Shown: one piece after another, positions 1 to 8,732 of the stretch
How positions within the stretch are numbered: the stretch's first letter is position 1
How the letters are laid out: each line of letters begins with the position of its first letter
DNA from: Candidatus Eiseniibacteriota bacterium
GTDB lineage: Bacteria; Eisenbacteria; RBG-16-71-46
Reading direction: 5' to 3'
DNA: 64,000 nt
Assembly (NCBI GenBank): GCA_963717505.1
Contig: OY970342.1
Coordinates: 1,440,001-1,504,000 of the forward strand
Notes under the pieces: model-generated
What the model saw: the letters and a program-made list of their open reading frames with translations, nothing else
Database searches by the model: none
Told to the model about the DNA's origin: nothing
Translations under genes and position numbers: made by a program

Positions 1-32
1 GTGCGGACTGCCGAATTGGAGCTAGCCAGACC

Positions 33-380
33 ATGGGCGCTGATCGAGGCAACCTTGAAAGGGCGGCGCGGTGGCGACCTGAAGCCGTGAGGGCTGCACA
101 GGCAGTCATCGGAGGTGAGGTCGGACTCATCGAGGGAGCTCGGCGGCTGACCGCAATCGGCCACGAACTGGTGCTCGATCTGTGGAGTGACCCTGACTTC
201 TCAGTGCTCGGCGCGGTGGCCTCGGAGTCGGATGGTTTGCCAATTGGCAAAGCCCGGGCACATTGGGAACCATCGGCATTGGCCGAGAAGGATCGAGAGC
301 TGGCGACGTATGAATCCAAGGTCCACGATATTGTTCTTGCTGCGTGCTGTTCGATCCGAGATCGCTATGCGGCTGGCTAA
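33..380 (+). CDS. Hypothetical protein (DUF2489-like), integron gene cassette
   Basis: 115-aa ORF whose TAA stop lies in the GGCTAAC R'' box of the following attC; weak resemblance to DUF2489-type proteins (IEGARRL...ASESDGLPIG.AR..W). Confidence 0.6.
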   Translation: MGADRGNLERAARWRPEAVRAAQAVIGGEVGLIEGARRLTAIGHELVLDLWSDPDFSVLGAVASESDGLPIGKARAHWEPSALAEKDRELATYESKVHDIVLAACCSIRDRYAAG

Positions 381-434
381 CAGGCTGCTTGAGCGGACCG
401 GCTGCGACGGCCGCTCAGCGGCGATCCGTCATGC
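375..434 (+). mobile_element. attC integron recombination site (degenerate R')
   Basis: GGCTAAC (375-381) ... GTCATGC (428-434); inner arms GCTGCT[T]GAGCGG[A]CCG / CGGCCGCTCAGCGGC pair with one mismatch and two extrahelical bases; 60 bp. Confidence 0.75.
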
Positions 435-514
435 GGATCTCTTGGCAGCAGGAGGGACGTTGTGGAACGTGCTAGGTTGAGAGCTGCATACGCCCCCGGA
501 GGAGTTATCTTGGG

Positions 515-751
515 ATGCCGCGGATCAAGGGGATTCCTGGACCGTATCGGCTCTTCTTCACGAGCTTCGACTGCAACGAGCCTCCGCATGTGCACGTCGA
601 ACGCGAGAGCGCGACGTGCAAGTTCTGGCTTCAGCCAATCGGACTTGCCCGCGCCCATGGCTTTGGCGCACGGGAGCTGAACGCGGTCCGCCGGATTATT
701 GCGACCCACCGCACCGCGATACTGGAGGCTTGGCATGAGCACTGCGGCTGA
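515..751 (+). CDS. DUF4160 family protein (putative toxin-antitoxin component)
   Basis: 78 aa with FFTSFDCNEPPHVHVE...CKFWL...GF...EL...W motif; overlaps the DUF2442 partner. Confidence 0.85.
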   Translation: MPRIKGIPGPYRLFFTSFDCNEPPHVHVERESATCKFWLQPIGLARAHGFGARELNAVRRIIATHRTAILEAWHEHCG

Positions 752-1091
752 CTTCACCAGCGATCCTCGGATTCAAGACGTGCGCGTTACGGCGGACGAG
801 ATCGTTGCCCACCTCGCCGATGGGCGCGTCATCAGCGTTCCGCTTGCATGGTCGTGGCGGTTATCTGAGGCCACGCCTAAGCAGCGGGCCAACTTCCGTC
901 TCATTGGCACCGGGCAAGGCGTGCATTGGCCTGATGTGGACGAGGACATCAGCGTCGAGGGCATGCTGCATGGAATTCCTGCACGTCCACCAAAACGGAA
1001 GCGTGCAGGTATGGGGGCTGACATCGTCCGAGATCGTAAGCCGCCTAACAGGCGCATCAAGCCGGCGCGCAAGGGGCATGCGCGCGGCTGA
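735..1091 (+). CDS. DUF2442 family protein (putative toxin-antitoxin component)
   Basis: L.DGR.ISVPLAW..RL..AT..QR.NF.LIG.G.GVHWPDVDEDISV; ATG 735 after GGAGG; frame runs into the attC (PNRRIKP). Confidence 0.85.
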   Translation: MSTAADFTSDPRIQDVRVTADEIVAHLADGRVISVPLAWSWRLSEATPKQRANFRLIGTGQGVHWPDVDEDISVEGMLHGIPARPPKRKRAGMGADIVRDRKPPNRRIKPARKGHARG

Positions 1092-1106
1092 TACGCGACG
1101 TTACCT
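1043..1106 (+). mobile_element. attC integron recombination site
   Basis: GCCTAAC (1043-1049) ... GTTACCT (1100-1106); arms GCGCATC[A]AGCCG[G]CGCGC / GCGCGCGGCTGATACGC pair with one mismatch and two extrahelical bases; 64 bp. Confidence 0.75.
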
Positions 1107-1168
1107 GACGCTCCTTCCCACGATGGCGAACGGGGGTGACGGCCGTGCACATGCCGGGTGCGAAGTAC

Positions 1169-2379
<1,211 letters not shown>

Positions 2380-2383
<4 letters not shown>

Positions 2384-2757
2384 TGCCGCGGGCTCTGGTT
2401 CAACAGCTCGTTCATGCGGCCGATCAGCCGCTCGAGATCGACCGGCTTGGTGTCGTAGTCCGAACAGCCGGCGGCCAGCGCCTTCTCGCGATCGCCCTCC
2501 ATGGCGTGTGCGGTCAGCGCGATGATCGGTACTTCACGCAGTACTACCTCGGCCCGCATGCGGCGCGTGGTCTCCCAGCCGTCGACGTCGGGCAGGCTCA
2601 TATCCATCAGGATCAAATCCGGTGGGTCGCTGAGCGCCATTTCCATGCCCTGCATGCCGGTGACCGCGATGCGGATTTCGTAGCCGCGGCGAATGAGCCG
2701 GCGCGACAGCATGTCGCGGTTCATCTCGTTGTCCTCGACCAAAAGGATGCGGGTCAC
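2380..2757 (-). CDS. Single-domain response regulator (DivK/CheY-like)
   Basis: ILLVEDN, ILMDMSLP, ALTAHAM, TKPVD; 4-bp overlaps with both neighbours. Confidence 0.92.
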
Positions 2758-5679
2758 GCCGAACCCGCCACTGGGATACCAATCACAGCGTGGATCTCCT
2801 CGATCAGTTCGTCGAGCGGGTGGGCGCCCTTCTGGATGATGCGCTCGACCGAGCCGTTGAGGCGGCGCCGGTCGGCATCGTCGAGCGTCTTAGCGGTGAC
2901 CACGATCACCGGGATCTCGCGCCCACGGTCCGAACGGCGCAGGGACTCGACGAACTCGAAGCCATCCATCTCGGGCATCATCAGGTCGAGCACCACGAGA
3001 CTCGGCCGCGCGCGCGCCACGGCGTCGAGCGCCTCGCGGCCGTTGCGCGCCTCGACCACCTTCCAGCCGTCCTTCTCGAGCACGCGCCGCAGCAGCTCGC
3101 GCGTGTCGTCGTGGTCCTCGACCAGCAACACCGCCGGCTCGACGCCGGGGCCGCGGTGGCGCTGCAGCGCCGCCAGCAGTCGATCGCGATCGATCGGTTT
3201 GGTCAGGAACTCGGACGCCCCGAGCGCATAACCCACTTCGGTGTTGTCGAGCATGGTCATGATCACGACCGGCACGTCGGCGAGTTGGGGATCGGCCTTG
3301 ATCGCGGCCAGCACCGTCCAGCCGTCGGTGCCCGGCATCAGGATGTCGAGCGTGATCACGCGCGGCTGAACCTCGCGCGCCAGTCGCAATCCCGCCTCGC
3401 CGTTGAGCGCGGTGGCGACGCGGTAGCCGTGTTTCGGCAGGATGCGCGACATCAGGTCGAGAACGTTGGGATCGTCGTCGATGACCAGCACCATCGGCCC
3501 GTGCGCCGGGGCCGCGTGGCCGGCGGGCGCGGGCGTCACCTCGGCGCCGGCGATCGCCACCGGCAGCCGAACGGTGAAGGTCGAGCCGGCGCCCGGCTGC
3601 GATTCGGCGGTGATGCCACCGCCCATCATCTGACAGAAGCGGCGCGTGATCGCCAGACCGAGGCCCGGTGCCGCCGTACTTCTTGGTGACCGAGGCGTCG
3701 GCCTGGGCGAACGCCTCGAACACGCGCTCGAGCTGCGGCTCGGTCATGCCGACCCCGGTGTCTTCGACCGCGATGGTCAGCCAGTCGCCGGCGTCGTCGC
3801 GCATGCGCCAGGCCGAGAGCGTGATCTTGCCGTGGTCGCTGAACTTGCTGGCGTTGGACAGCAGATTCATCAGCACCTGGCGCAGCTTGGTCTGGTCCGA
3901 TTGCATGGTGCCGACGTCGGCCGCGCAGTGAATCTCGAGACGGTTGCCGTTGCGGTCGATCAGCGGACGCACCGTGGTCGCGACGTCCTGGATCAGCGTG
4001 GCAACGTTGAACGGCTCGACGAACAGTTCGGTGCGCCCGGCTTCGATCTTGGACAGATCGAGGATGTCGTTGATCAGCGCCAGCAGGTGCTTGCCGGCCG
4101 AGCGGATCTTGTTCAGGTCGGGGACCATGCGCTGGTCACCGGCGTCCTCGGCCTCTTCGACCAGCATCTCGCTGTAGCCGATGATCGCGTTGAGCGGTGT
4201 CCTCAGCTCGTGGCTCATGTTGGCCAGGAACTGGCTCTTGGCGCGGCTCGCGGCCTCGGCCTCGCGGCGCGCGCGCAGCAACTCGCTGACGTCGTGGTAG
4301 AGCGCCATCAGCCCCTGGCGCTTCCCGTCGACGTGCACCGGCACGCCGGCCAGCTCGACGTCGATGAACGTGCCGTCCTTGCGCCGGCGCTTGCCGATGC
4401 CATGTGCCGCCTGCTCCTGCGCCTGCACCGTGTAGCCGACCGCCTCGGCCAGCGTCTCCTCGGTGTTGATCAACGAGTCGAGATTCTTGCCGACCGCCTC
4501 GTGGAGCGAGAAGCCGAACAGGTGCTCGAAGGCGGGATTGAACGAGGCGATGTTGCCGTCGATGTCGACGGTGACGATCGCGACCGGGCTGTTGACCACC
4601 ACGGCCTCGAAGTACTCCTTCTGGCGGCGGGACTCGGAGAACAGCCGCGCGTTCTGGATGGCGACCGCGGCCTGTGGCGTGAACAGGTTGAGCAGCCGCA
4701 GATCCTCGGGGCCGAACTGGCGATTGGGATCGCTGTCGACGCACGAGAACGCGCCGACCAGACGCTTGCCGATCAGCAGGGGCGCGACCATCACGGAATG
4801 GGCTTTGACGCTCACGTACTTGGCCGAGCGGCCCGACCAGTCGTGGTACGAGGGGATGATGATCGGCTCGTGCGTCTCGGCGACCCGCCCCATCGCGCCT
4901 TCGCCGCGCGCGAGCCGGGTGCCGGTCGAATCCTCGCCGCCGATGTCGTGGCTCGCGACCACGACCAGCTCTTCTTTGTCTTCCTCGTAAATGGCCAGCT
5001 CGCCGCCGGTGCCGCGCACCAGGGCGACCGCGCGTCGCAGCACGGCTTGCAGCAGACGCGACAGCTCCAGTTCCGACGAGAGGTCCGCGATCGATTGTAA
5101 GAGTGCTTCGTGTTCGCCGGCGCGCCGCCGCCCCGCGGCCTCGAGCCGCGATTGCCCGAGTGCCAATCCGGTGACGCCGGCCACGGCCTGGCCGAACTCG
5201 CGAGCCTCGCCGCCGAGGGACTCGGCCTGGAGGCAACCGAGCACCAACAGTGCCGTGGTCTTCTCATCGAGCCGCATGGGCGCTTCGAACGCAGCGCCCG
5301 CGCCCAGCTCGGAGTAGAGCGAGCGGTCGCCATCAGAGGCGGCAAGCATCCGCGCCCGAGCACCCGGGACGAGGTTCGCGCCGAGCGGCGAGTCGGCCGC
5401 GGGTCGCCAGCCGGGTTGCACCGGACACGGCCCGGCGACCGAGCGCAGCACCAGGTTGCCGGCATCGTCGGGCGTGAGGATCGCCACCAGGTCGAACCCG
5501 ACGCGCCGCGCACACAGGACGTCGACCACCAGGCGACAGGTCGCGGCCTCGTCGCGCGCCGAGCCGGCGCGGGCCGCGATCGCCGTCAGCGCCGAGAGTC
5601 TGGCCTGGCCCAGGGCGGCGTCCGGCAGGAGCGCCGAAGGCGCCTCGGGTGAATGGGACGGCTGAGCAGCCTGGGTCAA
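2754..5679 (-). CDS. Hybrid sensor histidine kinase GAF-GAF-PAS-HisKA-HATPase-REC-REC (frameshifted as sequenced near 3665)
   Basis: H-box FLANMSHELRTPLNAIIG, N-box NLLSNASKF, G1 DTGVGM; removing one G at 3664-3666 restores GGTGLGLAITRRFCQMMGG and joins the 2754-3629 ORF with two REC domains; TTG 5679 start is approximate. Confidence 0.88.
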
Positions 5680-5773
5680 AGGGGGCTCGAGGTTCGAGTT
5701 GGGAGTGGTTCGTATCGCGGGGGACCAACATTGTGCCACAACCCGCGCCGCCCCACGACGATCCCTGCGCTTT

Positions 5774-6688
5774 CTAGCGCGAGAGCACGACCTTCTGTAC
5801 CCGCGGCGAGACTTCACCCGGGGCGATGAGGCGCGCGAAGTAGACCCCCGCCCGTGCCCGGCTCCCGTGCTCGTCACGCCCGTCCCAACGCGCCACCCCC
5901 GACCCCGCGGGCTGCTCGCCGCGGATCAGGCTGCGCACGCGCCGGCCCTGAGGATCGAAGATCGACAGGTCGGCGTCGCCCGCGATGGCGAGCGAGTAGC
6001 GAATCTGGCAGTCGTCACGCACAGGGTGCGGCGCCGGACGCGACAGCTCGGTGCCTGCCACCGGGCCATCGCCGACCGCGACGTTGACGTAGTCCATGCT
6101 GCCCGAGGTGGTGAAGATCCAATCGCCGATGGGGGAGCCGTCGCCGTCAGCCGAGTTGCCCGCGGCGAAGATGAGGACTTTGCCGGCGGCGTAGCCGGGC
6201 GAGCGCCATGTAACGGTCCATTCGACCGGTCCGGTACTGCCGGTATGCGTGCCACCGCTCGTGTGGGTGACGTACTGACGGGTCGCGTGCGCCGGCATCC
6301 CACCCGATCCCGCGGTCGTGATCTGGGCTCCGGCTCCGGGCGTGAGTGTGCCGTACCCCGTCCCGGAGTCGGCGCGCGCCGCGGTTAGCTGAAATCCCCA
6401 ACGCACAGGATCGGGCGGCAGGGGATCCCAGTTGTGCGTGACCCGCACGCGCAGCACGTAGTCGGTGTCGAGGTCGAACTGCGCCGGCAGGTCGAGGATC
6501 TCGACCGAGCCGCTCGGATCATTCAGCGTGGCGTCGTGGCAGAAGGTGCAATTCTGCTCGGCGACGACACTGCCGACCGCCGGGGCGCCGGTAGCACCGC
6601 GCGGCGCGCCGGTGCTGCGCGCGATCGCCGCCGAAGCGCCCAGGGTGAGGGTGGCGATGACCGCAAACCGGACGAGATGGCGCCTCAT
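5774..6688 (-). CDS. Secreted Reeler-like (choice-of-anchor V-like) protein with CxxCH and FlgD-Ig C-terminal domain
   Basis: Signal peptide MRRHLVRFAVIATLTLGASAAIA; TGAP...NCTFCH; WGFQLTA; C-terminal P.PHP...IFD.QGRRVRSL...WDGRD...GVYFARL. Confidence 0.75.
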   Translation of the reverse strand: MRRHLVRFAVIATLTLGASAAIARSTGAPRGATGAPAVGSVVAEQNCTFCHDATLNDPSGSVEILDLPAQFDLDTDYVLRVRVTHNWDPLPPDPVRWGFQLTAARADSGTGYGTLTPGAGAQITTAGSGGMPAHATRQYVTHTSGGTHTGSTGPVEWTVTWRSPGYAAGKVLIFAAGNSADGDGSPIGDWIFTTSGSMDYVNVAVGDGPVAGTELSRPAPHPVRDDCQIRYSLAIAGDADLSIFDPQGRRVRSLIRGEQPAGSGVARWDGRDEHGSRARAGVYFARLIAPGEVSPRVQKVVLSR

Positions 6689-6850
6689 GGGAGTCGGGTC
6701 CTTTGGGTGGTCGGGTTGGCTGCCGAGGCGGTGTGTCGAAAAGGGCCGAATAACGATACTGGATTCGCCTCCGGGAATCCCGAGGAAAATCCTGGTCGGC
6801 ACGCGCCGCCGCCCGTCGCGGTCCGTCCAGGTTCGGCGCGGCTCCTCGGC

Positions 6851-6879
6851 TTGGGAGGCCCTTGGGGCGTCGCTATACT
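6851..6879 (+). promoter_or_regulatory. Putative sigma70-type promoter for mqnE (near-leaderless)
   Basis: TTGGGA-17 bp-TATACT, 10 nt upstream of ATG 6890, no SD sequence. Confidence 0.4.
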
Positions 6880-6889
6880 CCCGCGTCCC

Positions 6890-7987
6890 ATGACCCACCT
6901 CGCACGACTCGCCCTGCGCGACCCGACCGTGGCCCGCGCCCGAGACCAGCTCCTCGCAGGCGAGCACCTGTCCCAGGAGGACGGCGTTCGGCTGTTCGAC
7001 GCCCCGCTCATGGAGCTGGGCCGACTGGCCGACGCCTTCGCCCGCGACCGGCACGGCGACCGCGTCTACTTCACGGTCAACCGGCAGCTGAACCCGACCA
7101 ACGTCTGCGTGCTGGCCTGCAAGTTCTGCGACTACGCCAAGAAGCCCGGAGGCGAGGGCGCGTACACCATGACGCGCGCGCAGATCGAGGCGCACGTCGA
7201 TCCCGAGATCAACGAGATCCACATCGTCGGCGGTCTCCACAACAAGTGGCGCTTCGACGATTATCTCAACGTGATCCGCTGGGTGAAGGCGAAGAAGCCC
7301 GATCTTTCGGTCAAGGCCTACACCGCGGTCGAGATCGATTTCTTCTGCCGCCTCACCAAGCAGCCCGCCGAATGGGTGCTGAGCGAGCTGAAAGCCGCCG
7401 GCCTGGACGCGATGCCCGGCGGCGGCGCCGAGGTGTTCAGCGAACGCGTGCGCCGCGAGCTGTTCCACCAGAAGATCGGCGCCAATCGCTGGCTCGAGAT
7501 CCACGAGATCGCGCACCGCCTGGGCATTCCCTCGAACAGCACGATGCTCTACGGCCATATCGAGACGCGCGCCGAGCGCGTGCAGCACATGATCCTGCTG
7601 CGCGAGCTGGAGTCGCGCGCCCCCGGATTCTTCGCATTCATTCCGTTGGCGTTTCAACCTGGAGTCACCGGGATCGTGCGCCGACAGGCTTCCGCGGTCG
7701 AGGACCTGAAGACGCTCGCGGTGTCACGCCTGGTGTTCGACAACGTGCCGCACGTCAAGAGCTATTGGGTGATGCTCGGCCAGGACACCGCTGGATTGGG
7801 GCTGAGTTTTGGCGCCAGCGACCTCGACGGCACGATCGGCGTCGAGAAGATCGCGCACGCGGCACTGGCGCGGAGCCCGGTCGGCATGGCCGAGGAGGCG
7901 ATGGTGCAGACGATCCGCGAGGCGGGGAAGACGCCGGTCAAGCGGGATGCCTTGTACCGGGTGGTCGCCGAGGTGATGACGTCTTGA
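6890..7987 (+). CDS. mqnE: Aminofutalosine synthase (radical SAM)
   Basis: NRQLNPTNVCVLACKFC (CxxxCxxC), KAYTAVEI, MPGGGAE, HVKSYWVMLG, FGASDLDGT..EKIAH. Confidence 0.9.
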   Translation: MTHLARLALRDPTVARARDQLLAGEHLSQEDGVRLFDAPLMELGRLADAFARDRHGDRVYFTVNRQLNPTNVCVLACKFCDYAKKPGGEGAYTMTRAQIEAHVDPEINEIHIVGGLHNKWRFDDYLNVIRWVKAKKPDLSVKAYTAVEIDFFCRLTKQPAEWVLSELKAAGLDAMPGGGAEVFSERVRRELFHQKIGANRWLEIHEIAHRLGIPSNSTMLYGHIETRAERVQHMILLRELESRAPGFFAFIPLAFQPGVTGIVRRQASAVEDLKTLAVSRLVFDNVPHVKSYWVMLGQDTAGLGLSFGASDLDGTIGVEKIAHAALARSPVGMAEEAMVQTIREAGKTPVKRDALYRVVAEVMTS

Positions 7988-8183
7988 GAAAAGGACCTCC
8001 GCCGCCTAAGTAGAGGCGGGGTTCCCCGGCCGACACCCTGATCGGCCGCCCATAGATCCCCTCTTCATGTCCGGAACGACCGCCGCACTGCGTTAGACCT
8101 TATGGGCGCCGCCGAGGTGCCTCCGAGGTCCCAGGCACCACCGCCCCGGGGCTCGTGAACGACCAGTGCCCCGGAGGTCTTCC

Positions 8184-8732
8184 ATGTTGTTCCCACTGCG
8201 CGTCCGCCGGGACGCCCTACCGAAGCCCGCCCTGGTAGGTGCAGCCGGCACCCTCTGCGCGCTCGCAGCGCTCGTACTCGTCCCCCTGGCGGCAGGGGAC
8301 ACTCCGATCAGCACGGATGCCGCCACGAAGGTCCGGCACGAGGGCCCAGCCGAGTTCACGGCGCCGGCGGCACCGCCTTCGGCGGCGCAGCGCGCGCAGC
8401 TCGACGCCAAGCGCGCGATGGTCGAGCGCATGACCCCGCACGCCTCGGCGTCTCCCGCGGCCAAGGCGGTCGAAGTCATGACGGTGGTTCCCGGGGCCGA
8501 AGGCGCGGCCCCGCTCAAGCCTTTCCTGGAGAGTGCTCCCGCCGGATCGAGAGGGATGGCCGCGCCGCGCATCGAGACCTTCGATATCGCGCCCTACCTG
8601 AGCTGGTGGGGATGCCGCGAGACGGGTCTCTGCAAGAGCGGCGACTTCTCCCTGATCGGCACCGAGCGCATCGAGACCAGCGCCGTTCCGACCCGAGTGC
8701 TCAGGAGCTCAGGACCTGGGAGGCAGCCATGA
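8184..8732 (+). CDS. Hypothetical exported protein, coupled to downstream repeat protein
   Basis: GGAGG 6 nt before ATG 8184; hydrophobic N-terminal segment ending PLAAG; ATGA overlap with next gene. Confidence 0.6.
   Translation: MLFPLRVRRDALPKPALVGAAGTLCALAALVLVPLAAGDTPISTDAATKVRHEGPAEFTAPAAPPSAAQRAQLDAKRAMVERMTPHASASPAAKAVEVMTVVPGAEGAAPLKPFLESAPAGSRGMAAPRIETFDIAPYLSWWGCRETGLCKSGDFSLIGTERIETSAVPTRVLRSSGPGRQP

Noticed and set aside
2890-3660. Arg-rich C-terminal tail of the 995-aa kinase ORF
   Set aside because: Off-frame read-through after the +1 insertion; the real sequence is the REC-REC frame.
8002-8019. Short hairpin after mqnE (CCGCCT-AAGTAG-AGGCGG) containing GCCTAAG
   Set aside because: Only a 6-bp stem without a T-tract, and it lacks the AAC box and attC arm architecture; too weak to call.
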